Positions 1-7,904 of a stretch of DNA of 12,896 bases are shown in pieces. A model generated the notes under the pieces. That model had not been told where the DNA came from. It searched no databases and saw only the letters and a list, made by a program, of their open reading frames with translations. Numbering within the stretch: the first letter of the stretch is position 1; each line of letters starts with the position of its first letter. Position numbers and translations under genes: made by a program. The stretch covers positions 1-12,896 of IMG/VR virus record IMGVR_UViG_2541047596_000008; one strand, written 5' to 3'. Source of the DNA: a virus (taxonomy: Duplodnaviria > Heunggongvirae > Uroviricota > Caudoviricetes).

Positions 1-267
1 TTACTCTGCAGGTGAAGTCGGCCACTCAATATCAGGTGCAGTTGATGTATCAACACGATTCAACAATACCCGATATTTATTCCATGCCTCCAGCAACGAT
101 CTTTCTTCCGCCGTTGCGATTTCCAGATCTACAGCATCCTGCAGTGGCGCAATATACTCACTGAATTCCTGGATGTGGAACTGTGTGGTGACGGTCTTCC
201 AGTCATTCGGCTCCTGCTGTATCGAAGCATACCAGGCTATTTCAATATCGCTATGCTGCGGCAGCAT
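1..267 (-). CDS. Tail fibre assembly protein remnant (C-terminal chaperone domain only, 88 aa)
   Basis: The C-terminal 55 residues ([45 protein letters not shown]) are near-identical to the C-terminus of the full tfa at 1047..1631; the N-terminal part is unrelated. ATG at 265-267 and TAA at 1-3. Confidence 0.7.
   Translation of the reverse strand: MLPQHSDIEIAWYASIQQEPNDWKTVTTQFHIQEFSEYIAPLQDAVDLEIATAEERSLLEAWNKYRVLLNRVDTSTAPDIEWPTSPAE
20..165. repeat. Direct repeat copy A (tfa C-terminal coding sequence), about 85% identical to 1069..1214
   Basis: By eye the nucleotide strings ggccactcaatatcaggtgcagttgatgtatcaacac ... ttccagatct(a/g)cagcatcctg recur at both positions in the same orientation. 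Confidence 0.7.
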
Positions 268-294
268 TTAACCCCTTGTAATTCATCGCCATAA

Positions 295-323
295 TTGATT
301 TAATTCACAAATAAAACTATAAC
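295..323 (+). promoter_or_regulatory. Candidate sigma70 promoter for the methyltransferase gene (TTGATT, 17-nt spacer, TATAAC)
   Basis: Hexamers at about 295-300 and 318-323 in an AT-rich stretch directly upstream of the ORF. A GGTGA Shine-Dalgarno at 326-330 favours the ATG at 336 over the ATG at 324 as the true start. Confidence 0.3.
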
Positions 324-992
324 ATGGTGAAATCAATGAAAAAAAACACAGATGATGGGGCTAAAATTTACACACCACTTACCCTAAAGCTTTATGACTG
401 GTGGGTTTTGGGAGTATCAAATCGGCTTGCATGGGGATGTCCTACAAAGGAACACCTTCTTCCACACTTTCTGGAACATGTAGGTAACAACCATCTGGAT
501 ATTGGTGTTGGAACTGGGTTTTACCTTACTCACGTACCTGAGAGTAGTCTGATATCTTTAATGGATTTGAACGAAGCTAGCCTGAACGCGGCATCTACAA
601 GGGCTGGGGAATCAAAAATTAAACATAAAATTAGCCATGATGTTTTTGAACCTTATCCCGCGGCGTTACATGGTCAATTTGATTCCATTTCCATGTTTTA
701 CCTTCTTCACTGCCTGCCTGGAAATATATCTACAAAAAGCTGTGTAATACGCAATGCGGCGCAGGCCTTAACTGACGATGGAACTCTATACGGAGCCACA
801 ATTCTTGGCGATGGAGTTGTGCACAATAGCTTCGGTCAAAAACTGATGCGCATTTACAATCAGAAAGGCATCTTTTCAAACACAAAAGATTCCGAAGAAG
901 GCTTAACACATATACTCTCAGAGCATTTCGAGAATGTTAAAACCAAGGTTCAAGGTACTGTAGTAATGTTTTCCGCTTCAGGGAAAAAATAG
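324..992 (+). CDS. Class I SAM-dependent methyltransferase (prophage moron); true start probably the ATG at 336
   Basis: Motif I LDIGVGTGF (glycine-rich SAM-binding loop) followed by an acidic residue at the end of the next strand (LMDLNEA). AT-rich relative to the flanking tail genes, opposite strand to them, and sandwiched between tfa and a tfa remnant. This arrangement resembles the tfaD-ybcY-tfaX arrangement I recall from E. coli K-12 prophage DLP12 (from memory, unverified). Confidence 0.75.
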   Translation: MVKSMKKNTDDGAKIYTPLTLKLYDWWVLGVSNRLAWGCPTKEHLLPHFLEHVGNNHLDIGVGTGFYLTHVPESSLISLMDLNEASLNAASTRAGESKIKHKISHDVFEPYPAALHGQFDSISMFYLLHCLPGNISTKSCVIRNAAQALTDDGTLYGATILGDGVVHNSFGQKLMRIYNQKGIFSNTKDSEEGLTHILSEHFENVKTKVQGTVVMFSASGKK

Positions 993-999
993 CATCCAA

Positions 1000-1032
1000 C
1001 CGCAGCACGTTCTTGCTTAAGACGTGCTGCGG
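1000..1032. terminator. Stem-loop between the convergent methyltransferase and tfa genes (11-bp perfect stem, 11-nt loop)
   Basis: ccgcagcacgt (1000-1010) pairs with acgtgctgcgg (1022-1032). On the minus strand the stem is followed a few nt later by a T-run (TATTTTTT), consistent with termination of the tfa transcript. Confidence 0.5.
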
Positions 1033-1046
1033 CATAATCCCAATGA

Positions 1047-1631
1047 TTACTCCCTGACAGGGTTCGTAGGCCACTCAATATCAGGTGCAGTTGATGTATC
1101 AACACGGTTCAGCAACACCCGATACTTTTTCCAGGCTTCCAGCAATGAGGTTTCTTTCTCCGTTGCAATTTCCAGATCTGCAGCATCCTGAAGCGGCGCA
1201 ATATGCTCACTGGCTACCTGCATCAGGTTGTTTTTTGTTTCTTCCGCCTCCCGGATCCGGAACAGTTTTTCTGCTTCCGTATCCTTCACCCAGGCTGTGC
1301 CGTTCCACTTCTGAAACTCCCCTTCCGGCGATAACCAGGTAACATTTTCCGGTAACGGACCGAGTTCAGAAATAAATAACTCGTCCCCTGACGCTACGTC
1401 ATAAACCGTTTTCCCCCGATGGTCTTCAACGAGATGCCACGATGCCTCATCACTGTTGAAAACAGCCACAAAGCCAGCAGGAATATCTGGTGGTGCAATA
1501 TCGGTACTGTTTGCTGGCAGACCTGTATGAGGCGGAATATATGCGTCACCTTCACCAATAAATTCATTAGTTCCGGCCAGCAGATTATAAATTTTTATGG
1601 TCCGTGCTTGTTCACTCATTCTGAATGCCAT
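1047..1631 (-). CDS. tfa: Tail fibre assembly protein Tfa (194 aa)
   Basis: The translation ([44 protein letters not shown]...) is near-identical over its whole length to my recollection of phage lambda Tfa. Its start ATG overlaps the stf stop (TAATG). Confidence 0.9.
   Translation of the reverse strand: MAFRMSEQARTIKIYNLLAGTNEFIGEGDAYIPPHTGLPANSTDIAPPDIPAGFVAVFNSDEASWHLVEDHRGKTVYDVASGDELFISELGPLPENVTWLSPEGEFQKWNGTAWVKDTEAEKLFRIREAEETKNNLMQVASEHIAPLQDAADLEIATEKETSLLEAWKKYRVLLNRVDTSTAPDIEWPTNPVRE
1069..1214. repeat. Direct repeat copy B (tfa C-terminal coding sequence), partner of 20..165
   Basis: See copy A; same orientation, about 85% identity by eye. Confidence 0.7.
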
Positions 1632-4600
1632 TATGCAAGCCTCACAATATAGTTAAATGCGATGTTTTTGACGGTGTTTTCCGCGTTACCCGCAGCGTTA
1701 ACGGTGATGGTGTGTCCATGTGAACCAATCGCAACGGAGTGCGTATGCGCACCAATACCTACAGTATGTGCATGTGCGCCAGAACTTGCTGCAGTACCAG
1801 ACAGCGAGTGGGTATGAGCACCTGCTGACTGTGTCTGAATACGTTGATAATACGATCTATAGGAAGAAGTCTCCGGGCTTACTTGATACTGTGAATTCTG
1901 GACATAAGTGAACCCACCGCCATCATAAAATGCTAACGCAGAACCGCCGCCTCCTGGCCAACGAATACCATTACCATGAGTATGAACACCGGCAGACCCC
2001 GTAGAGCCACTCAGACTGTGCGTATGCGCCCCGGTGTTATTCGTGGATTTAGTGCCGTAATCAAACGACGATGTGGTTTTCGTCCCCAAATCCGTACTGG
2101 ATGCGCTGGCGCTGTGGGTGTGCGATTTTATGCCGTCCTGTTCCTGAGACAATACGGCCCGGCCACTGGCGGGTTTGCCCTTGATTGTCCAGCCGCGCAT
2201 ATCTGGAATAACACCTGAAGGATAGGCAATAGCCAGTTTCGGATATGCTGCCTTATCAAACGTCTGCCCCTGCATGATCGCATAACCTGCAGGTGGTGTA
2301 TCTGATGGCCACGGCAGCGGAACACCTGGCGGAAACGCTTCAATATTTGCCGAGCCGTCAAATTTTACGCCGTTAATTGTCCTTGCAGTTTGCAATTTGG
2401 TTGCTGTGCTTGCATTACCCGATAAAGATCCAGTGATACCACCACTCGCGTTTAATTTAGTTGCAATTGTAACATTGCCAGTATGGTTACTAATTATAAA
2501 CGGCCTTAAGCTATTGTGCGTACCAAGACTGTTACCCGAATCTGTCAACATAAAATATGTGTTTGATCCATCATTTCGGATAAAGAATCCATAGTTGCCA
2601 TAGGCAATACGCAGACCATTTGCTGACCTTGAAATAACCTCACCAGCAGCAGTTAAACCACCTGAAAGAGTCCCTCCAGTTAATGCCAATGCCCCAATAT
2701 TTGAAGGGGTCAATGTGATATTTGCACTACCATCAAATGACACACCGTTAATCGTTCTGGCTGCCTGAAGTTTCGTGGCGGTCGCAGCATTACCTGTAGT
2801 GTTTTGATTACCGGTAGCGTTGACTCCAGGCAAGTTGATATCTGCCGATCCATCAAATGCCACGCCCCCAATCTTACGTGCTGTCTTGATCTTGGTCGCA
2901 GTATCTGCGTTTCCGGTCAAATTACCAGTAACACTACCACCAACTTTTAGTCCATTACCGATGGACACCAACCCTGATCTTAAGTTTATAGAGAATGGTC
3001 TTAATGAACCGATGTCTCCATTTTCCCCCTCCCCTTCATTAGTCGGAATAAGATGAAGATGATCTTCGGAACGCCTAAAAATAAGGCCAAAGGCTTGGTT
3101 GAATATTCGAAGAGCATTTATCGTGCTGATTTTTAACTGCCCTCCCATTGTGTCGCCAGTTTTTTGAACTGAACTATCTTTAACAGTTTTAACTGCCTTT
3201 GGCGTTGCCGCCAGCTTTTCACTGGTGCTGTTTGTTGCACTGCTGAGCTGTACTATCCCCTTTTTCGTCGTGCTCGCATCCTCCAGCGCCACGGCGGATG
3301 CAATATCCTCTGCCCGTTTTGCTGCTGTCTCGGCGCGCGTTGCCGCGGATTCAGCAGCAACTTTGCTCTGAGATGCAGCCATCGCACTGCCTGCCGCCTC
3401 TGATGCTTTCGTTGTTGCTGTCGTGGCACTACCTTTCGCTGCTGACGCTTGTCTGGTCGCCTCATCTTTTGAAGCAGACGCAGATGATGCCGATGACGCC
3501 GCTGAACTGGCTGACGATGCGGCTGCCGCCTTAGAGGAAGCAGCATTGTCTGCTGAAGTCTTTGCATTTGTTTCAGAGGTTTTTGCTGCAGAAGCAGACC
3601 TCGCTGCTGCAGTGGCTTGCTCAGTGGCTTTGCCAGCTTTCGTTGTGGCTGTTGAAGCGGATGATGCGGCGCTTTCTGCCGATTTTCCGGCGGCGGTGGC
3701 ACTGGCTGAGGCCTGCCCGGCACTTGTTGACGCGGCACTGGCAGATAATGCAGCCGCTGTTTTTGAACCTGCCGCAGCTGAGGCGCTCTGTCCCGCTGCT
3801 GTTTCAGAAGACTTAGCGTTCGTCTCGGACGTTTTTGCCGCCTTCGCGGAATTTCCTGCCGCCGTTGCCGAGGAAGCTGCACTACTGGCACTTGATGATG
3901 CATTCGTTTCTGAAGATTTCGCTGCCTCTTTTGAGGCCGCCGCACCCCGTGCCGAGGTGGCAGCTTCTGACGCCTTCGTGGTCGCTGTGGATGCAGAAGT
4001 GGCTGCCGATTTTTGTGATGCTGCGGCATTCGTTTCTGACGTTTTCGCGGCACTGGCGCTGGTAGCTGCCGCGCTTTTTGATGACTCTGCAGCAGCAGCA
4101 CTTTTTGCTGCTTCACGGGCCTTTGTCGATGCCGTTCCTGCGCTGGAAGACGCTGACTGAGCCGACGACGCGGCCTGTCCGGCTGACGTGCTGGCGGCAC
4201 GTGCTGAGGCTGCAGCATCGGTTGCATGAGTTGCCGCCTCGCTGGCTGATGCACTGGCATCGCTGGCTGATTTTTTCGCGGCTGCCGTATTCTGTGCAAC
4301 CGCGGAGGCGTTACGTGACACCTCTTCCACCATCTGCTCAAAGCGGCGCAGTGCCTCCGGTCGGACATCATCCTCCGTCATGGCACCGAGAAAATCATTC
4401 AGCGTACCTGGTCTGGAACCTTCATAGACGGTAATGGTCCCGGCATGTGAAGGCGGAAAACCTTCAACCAGCAGGGTGACGCTGTACTGGCCATGCTCAA
4501 CATCCATGCTGTAACGTCCGGCTTCATCCGGATTTTCAGAGGCCACCGTGTTCACCACCACCGTGCTGCTGGTTCGTCTGGCCTTCAGCACAATGGTGCA

Positions 4601-4657
4601 GTTCTGTACTGGTTTTCCTGTGCCATCTTTAAGCACGCCAGAAATTTTTACTGTCAT
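1631..4657 (-). CDS. stf: Side tail fibre protein Stf (1008 aa), mosaic
   Basis: The N-terminus ([20 protein letters not shown]...) and the C-terminal HxH-rich tip (GAHTHSLSG..., [49 protein letters not shown]) match my recollection of lambda Stf. There is a long Ala/Ser/Thr-rich low-complexity region with recurring KTSETNA units and three copies of a phage tail-fibre repeat (GN-A-TATK-TAR-I-GV-FDGSA-I). Confidence 0.9.
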   Translation of the reverse strand: MTVKISGVLKDGTGKPVQNCTIVLKARRTSSTVVVNTVASENPDEAGRYSMDVEHGQYSVTLLVEGFPPSHAGTITVYEGSRPGTLNDFLGAMTEDDVRPEALRRFEQMVEEVSRNASAVAQNTAAAKKSASDASASASEAATHATDAAASARAASTSAGQAASSAQSASSSAGTASTKAREAAKSAAAAESSKSAAATSASAAKTSETNAAASQKSAATSASTATTKASEAATSARGAAASKEAAKSSETNASSSASSAASSATAAGNSAKAAKTSETNAKSSETAAGQSASAAAGSKTAAALSASAASTSAGQASASATAAGKSAESAASSASTATTKAGKATEQATAAARSASAAKTSETNAKTSADNAASSKAAAASSASSAASSASSASASKDEATRQASAAKGSATTATTKASEAAGSAMAASQSKVAAESAATRAETAAKRAEDIASAVALEDASTTKKGIVQLSSATNSTSEKLAATPKAVKTVKDSSVQKTGDTMGGQLKISTINALRIFNQAFGLIFRRSEDHLHLIPTNEGEGENGDIGSLRPFSINLRSGLVSIGNGLKVGGSVTGNLTGNADTATKIKTARKIGGVAFDGSADINLPGVNATGNQNTTGNAATATKLQAARTINGVSFDGSANITLTPSNIGALALTGGTLSGGLTAAGEVISRSANGLRIAYGNYGFFIRNDGSNTYFMLTDSGNSLGTHNSLRPFIISNHTGNVTIATKLNASGGITGSLSGNASTATKLQTARTINGVKFDGSANIEAFPPGVPLPWPSDTPPAGYAIMQGQTFDKAAYPKLAIAYPSGVIPDMRGWTIKGKPASGRAVLSQEQDGIKSHTHSASASSTDLGTKTTSSFDYGTKSTNNTGAHTHSLSGSTGSAGVHTHGNGIRWPGGGGSALAFYDGGGFTYVQNSQYQVSPETSSYRSYYQRIQTQSAGAHTHSLSGTAASSGAHAHTVGIGAHTHSVAIGSHGHTITVNAAGNAENTVKNIAFNYIVRLA
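3220..4300 (-). repeat. Low-complexity Ala/Ser/Thr-rich repetitive coding region inside stf
   Basis: Protein residues about 120-480 are dominated by A/S/T with recurring [15 protein letters not shown] and [10 protein letters not shown] units. This region produces long spurious ORFs in other frames on both strands. Confidence 0.7.
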
Positions 4658-4670
4658 ACTTTTCCACCAA

Positions 4671-4704
4671 TAAAAAAAGCCCGCAGCAGTGACGCCACGG
4701 GCTT
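4671..4704 (-). terminator. Probable rho-independent terminator downstream of lom (minus strand)
   Basis: On the minus strand a GC stem (AAGCCCG...CGGGCTT) is followed by TTTTTTTATT, lying between the lom stop and the stf start. The stem is imperfect and the loop long, so confidence is modest. Confidence 0.4.
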
Positions 4705-4808
4705 CAGGACAGTGTAACTTTACGTTTCCTCAAACGCAGTTCACCCCATAAGGTGGATGAACCTGCGTATCATAACAATATTTACAGAAGATAAATCGGC
4801 GTCTGTTG

Positions 4809-5408
4809 TCAGAAACGGTATCCGATACCAACAATAAATGCATCCGTTCGCCAGTCGCCACTACCGGAACCTTCATAAGCAAGGTCAATGGTTACGGATT
4901 CGGTCGGGTTAAACTGCACGCCAGCCCCCCACGCCAGAGACGTGTTGCTGTGGCGACCGTCATCACTTCCGGTCAGCACATCGTGCGTTTTCCCCTTGTT
5001 GTCAGTTACGCGGAGATAATCCCCGGAGAAAGTCGACACACGGCTGTAAGCCACACCCACCATCGCATACGCGCTGAACCATTCATTCACGCGTACAGAC
5101 GGCCCCGCCATCACGCTGAACCAGCGGTTACGCACGGAATCTTCATGCCAGCGGGTATCGCTGTAGCGCGTTTTTTGCTCATCCTCAGCATTGGCATAAC
5201 TGAAGGACGTAATCAGCCCCAGCGCGTCCGTAAACTCATAACGGTATTTCACGTTAATCCCGTTCAGATTATCGCTGCCGGGAGCGTTCGTACGGGCATG
5301 AAGATACCCCGCGCTCAGTGTGGACTGATGTTCAGACGCCCATGCAGGCGCACCGGATACGGACAGACAGATGGCTGCGGACAAAATGGCTGCACAAACT
5401 TTACGCAT
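4809..5408 (-). CDS. lom: Lom outer-membrane protein (Ail/Lom family beta-barrel)
   Basis: Signal peptide MRKVCAAILSAAICLSVSGAPAWA, C-terminal aromatic residue (GYRF), and near-identity to lambda Lom as I recall it. GAGG Shine-Dalgarno about 7 nt upstream. Confidence 0.92.
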   Translation of the reverse strand: MRKVCAAILSAAICLSVSGAPAWASEHQSTLSAGYLHARTNAPGSDNLNGINVKYRYEFTDALGLITSFSYANAEDEQKTRYSDTRWHEDSVRNRWFSVMAGPSVRVNEWFSAYAMVGVAYSRVSTFSGDYLRVTDNKGKTHDVLTGSDDGRHSNTSLAWGAGVQFNPTESVTIDLAYEGSGSGDWRTDAFIVGIGYRF

Positions 5409-5431
5409 AATTACCTCTCGCTTTTCTGCAA

Positions 5432-5456
5432 TAAAAAAGGCGCCATTTCTGGCGCC
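5432..5456 (-). terminator. Rho-independent terminator between the J-like remnant and lom (minus strand)
   Basis: Minus-strand hairpin GGCGCC-AGAAAT-GGCGCC immediately followed by TTTTTTATT. Confidence 0.55.
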
Positions 5457-5475
5457 CGTATTGGGGTTATAAAAT

Positions 5476-6126
5476 TCAGCTAATCGTGATGCCTGCAGTG
5501 GCTTTCTTCATCACAACAACCAGCAAATCGCTGATACTTGCTGTGGGATACCAGCCATTTACCCACCATGCTGATACAGAAAACTCCAGCGTCATGTGGC
5601 CGCGACCAGCAGGCATATCAATAACACCACTGTAAATCAGCGTATTATCCAGCGCGGTACGGTTATAAATTTCAGCACCGTTTTTCCGTACTATCAGGCG
5701 GCATGACGAATAAGTATCGCTGTTCTCCCGCTCATGTCTGGCACCGCTGAAAGCCACCGCCGGAATAACAATCTGCCGGTTAAACGGCTGATCGTCATAA
5801 ACCCTGACGGTAATGGTTCCTGATGGCCAACGCTCCGGTGCACGGGAGTCACGGGGGAAAGCCTTACCCACTGTTTTAACGAGATCGCCTTCAATCTGGT
5901 TTGCAGACAGTTTCCCTCTGATGACACAGTTCTCGTTAATGGTGACATTATTGAGCGTGCCGGTATTCGCCGTGATGGCTCCACTGATATAAGGGGTTAT
6001 GGCCACCGGACTACCAAACGGCTGCCAGCCCTCTTTCAGTTTATGTGTCAGCTTTTCCGCAAGATCTGACGGCGACGCCGCTCTGACAACATCATAGTGT
6101 TTAAATGCCATGGTTCTTTCCACCAT
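5476..6126 (-). CDS. Probable C-terminal remnant of the central tail fibre/host-specificity protein J (about 210 aa retained)
   Basis: Position only: it sits immediately upstream of lom with a 67-bp gap, as J does in lambda. Base composition switches abruptly to AT-rich at about 6127, and the reading frame is open upstream to a stop near 6196 without a convincing start signal. I cannot recall the J C-terminal sequence well enough to confirm homology. Confidence 0.5.
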   Translation of the reverse strand: MVERTMAFKHYDVVRAASPSDLAEKLTHKLKEGWQPFGSPVAITPYISGAITANTGTLNNVTINENCVIRGKLSANQIEGDLVKTVGKAFPRDSRAPERWPSGTITVRVYDDQPFNRQIVIPAVAFSGARHERENSDTYSSCRLIVRKNGAEIYNRTALDNTLIYSGVIDMPAGRGHMTLEFSVSAWWVNGWYPTASISDLLVVVMKKATAGITIS

Positions 6127-6371
6127 CTGAAAAATGATTCTTTAAAATACCTGACATGTAATACAGAAAAAACACAAAACCATACCTTAATTAAAAACCT
6201 CATCATCAAGCAGATATGCATGGATAAACTACAAGACGAGATATAAACCACCCTGCATTTAAATAAACAATAAACAACATCAGAAAAATAATTCTGCTCT
6301 ATGGTTTACAATCAAAAATATCATTTATACTTTTCAGAACATCACCAGCAAGGCATAAACAAGGAAACTAA

Positions 6372-6707
6372 ATGAAGTGGATTGTGATTGATACAGTTAT
6401 CCAGCCATCATGCGGAATATCTTTTTCAGTCATATGGAGTAAAATAAAATTAATAATCTGGTATCAATCGGATGCTTTCTTACCTCCTGAAAGTATATTT
6501 ACACTGACTCACACAGGCATCATGCTCAATAACAAAGTGCTGCCTGTAACCATTTACAACGTAGTACCATTCAATAAAACATTCTGGAATTTAATCAAAA
6601 ACAGCCAGGAATGCCCTACAAATACAGATAACGTATTGAATGAATGCTTTAATAACCGTTGCACTCTGCAAATATGTCCTTATGGGCTAAAACAACAAAG
6701 TCCATAA
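6372..6707 (+). CDS. Hypothetical protein, AT-rich cargo gene (111 aa, Cys-rich C-terminus)
   Basis: Good Shine-Dalgarno (AAGGAA, about 5 nt before the ATG) and a candidate promoter upstream (TTTACA, 17-nt spacer, TACTTT, about 6303-6331). About half of its Ile codons are the rare ATA. The C-terminus has four Cys spaced as C-x11-C-x4-C-x4-C ([23 protein letters not shown]). No family recognised. Confidence 0.4.
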   Translation: MKWIVIDTVIQPSCGISFSVIWSKIKLIIWYQSDAFLPPESIFTLTHTGIMLNNKVLPVTIYNVVPFNKTFWNLIKNSQECPTNTDNVLNECFNNRCTLQICPYGLKQQSP

Positions 6708-6741
6708 GGAGTTTACTCACATCTGACAAAATCAATATAAA

Positions 6742-6763
6742 CAGCCCCTCCGGAGAGGGGCTG
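6742..6763. terminator. Strong GC hairpin (9-bp perfect stem, 4-nt loop), likely bidirectional terminator for the convergent cargo units
   Basis: CAGCCCCTC-CGGA-GAGGGGCTG; on the minus strand it is followed by TTTATATTGATTTTG. It lies 35 nt after the stop of the 6372..6707 ORF. Confidence 0.45.
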
Positions 6764-7154
6764 GAGAGTGGCGCTATGTGCCATTGCATGGTGCCGGGTG
6801 CCTCCCGGTGAATTCAGTACCAGCACCTGAATCCGCGATTATCCCATATACCTACTCGCTGATTGCCCCTCCGCACAGGGGGATTCACCATGCCAGTTTC
6901 TTTTAACAAACTCCCCGCAAACCAGACAACAGTCAACCGCCTGAATTGTGAAGTATTTAAAAATTTCTCCCGCTAACTGATACCCGGCTAACAGTCTGGC
7001 GTTTTCTTTTTCAGCAACGGGAAAGCAGCAACCACCACACCCGCCACCAGCACACCGTCAGCCAGCACTGACATTATCCGGCTGCTGCAATGCCATTCAC
7101 AAAAACAGTAAGCAATCACTTTTTACCGTAACCGGTGATAATCCAGATATGTAT

Positions 7155-7511
7155 CTACCCCAGATGAGTAATCCGAAGTTCATCCATACCACAGGTCCTG
7201 GCTATTCTGTTGTACTCCTGAACAAGAGCAAATAATTCTGAATTAGCCACCATGAACTCATCGCAAACCCTCTGTATAGCATCACTATTCAGAATAATAA
7301 CGTCTCTTCCCGAAAGACGATCAGGAGTACAGAACAAAACTGTCAAACGGCTGAAGGCCTTTGCTCGTTCTGCATTGACTATATCAATACGCTGCCTAAG
7401 GATGAAACACCCCGACGCCTCATCAATATTCACTCTACCCACACCATATGAATGATAAATATTTAATGCTGAAAAAACCATTAGACCGTATAACAAACAC
7501 TCAATCAACAC
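7155..7511 (-). CDS. Hypothetical protein, cargo ORF immediately downstream of the tRNA cluster (118 aa as tracked)
   Basis: The tracked start is a GTG with no Shine-Dalgarno; the first ATG is at codon 11. It is rich in rare AGA/AGG/ATA codons. No family recognised; it could be a remnant. Confidence 0.35.
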   Translation of the reverse strand: MLIECLLYGLMVFSALNIYHSYGVGRVNIDEASGCFILRQRIDIVNAERAKAFSRLTVLFCTPDRLSGRDVIILNSDAIQRVCDEFMVANSELFALVQEYNRIARTCGMDELRITHLG

Positions 7512-7618
7512 TTAACAGAACTTTTATTTTTGACAAACATATAATATTTTCAACAATATCCTGAGCCAGGTATATTTCAGTATAAGGCTCTGCCGAAAGG
7601 AATCTGGAAGAATGAATA

Positions 7619-7695
7619 TGGCGCGCTGTACTGGATTCGAACCAGTGACCGATTGCTTAGAAGGCAATTGCTCTGTCCGGCTGAGCTAACAACGC
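7619..7695 (-). tRNA. tRNA-Arg (anticodon UCU)
   Basis: The minus-strand sequence GCGTTGTTAGCTCAGCCGGACAGAGCAATTGCCTTCTAAGCAATCGGTCACTGGTTCGAATCCAGTACAGCGCGCCA folds as a cloverleaf with anticodon loop CTTCTAA, a GGTTCGAATCC T-arm and an encoded CCA. Confidence 0.85.
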
Positions 7696-7708
7696 ATGAT
7701 GCAGATAA

Positions 7709-7785
7709 TGGACCGCCATCGGGGACTTGAACCCCGCGCAGCCAGCTTCGAAGGCTGGCGCTCTTTCCTGATGAGCTAATGGCGG
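7709..7785 (-). tRNA. tRNA-Arg (anticodon UCG)
   Basis: The minus-strand sequence ...TAGCTCATCAGGAAAGAGCGCCAGCCTTCGAAGCTGGCTGCGCGGGGTTCAAGTCCCCGATGGCGGTCCA has anticodon stem CCAGC/GCTGG, loop CTTCGAA and a GGTTCAAGTCC T-arm. Confidence 0.8.
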
Positions 7786-7792
7786 TATGTGA

Positions 7793-7868
7793 TGGTGGCC
7801 CTTGCTGGATTTGAACCAGCGACCTGGCGATTATGAGTCGCTCGCTCTCACCACTGAGCTAAAGGGCC
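7793..7868 (-). tRNA. tRNA with CAU anticodon, most likely tRNA-Ile2 (lysidine-modified, reads AUA), alternatively tRNA-Met
   Basis: The minus-strand sequence GGCCCTTTAGCTCAGTGGTGAGAGCGAGCGACTCATAATCGCCAGGTCGCTGGTTCAAATCCAGCAAGGGCCACCA closely resembles E. coli ileX-type tRNA as I recall it; anticodon loop CTCATAA. Confidence 0.85.
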
Positions 7869-7904
7869 GGGAGCAGAATAATAACGGTCCGTAATTAATT
7901 CCGC

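Noticed and set aside
1-1631. Invertible tail-fibre host-range segment (G-segment or shufflon type)
   Set aside because: The tfa repeats are in direct, not inverted, orientation and there is no site-specific invertase gene in the window.
1085-1652. Plus-strand ORFs 1085..1342 and 1419..1652 inside tfa
   Set aside because: Antisense to the well-supported tfa gene; artefacts.
3253-4371. Long alternative-frame ORFs inside stf (3253..4371 minus, 372 aa, Arg/Pro/Gln-rich; 3423..4160 plus, 245 aa, Ala-rich; also 3562..3816, 3835..4065, 4078..4434, 3298..3534)
   Set aside because: They lie entirely within the GC-rich, low-complexity Ala/Ser-coding part of stf and have extreme, non-protein-like compositions. 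They are frame artefacts of repetitive coding sequence.
4806-5483. 225-aa plus-strand ORF covering the lom locus
   Set aside because: It overlaps lom on the opposite strand. Lom has a signal peptide, a Shine-Dalgarno and a clear lambda match, whereas this ORF has none of these.
6048-6251. 67-aa minus-strand ORF overlapping the start of the J-like remnant
   Set aside because: Different frame from the J-like ORF, lying in the AT-rich promoter-like region; no ribosome-binding site; likely spurious.
7252-7455. 67-aa plus-strand ORF antisense to the 118-aa cargo ORF
   Set aside because: It is fully contained within the minus-strand ORF, has no start signals, and runs against the direction of late transcription. 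The minus-strand ORF is itself only weakly supported, so this is noted but not called.
7155-7511. Shiga toxin or another known toxin at the Q-tRNA locus
   Set aside because: The ORF after the tRNAs is a single 118-aa protein with no signal peptide and no resemblance to the StxA (about 300 aa) or StxB (about 90 aa, secreted) architecture. The locus is stx-like in position only.
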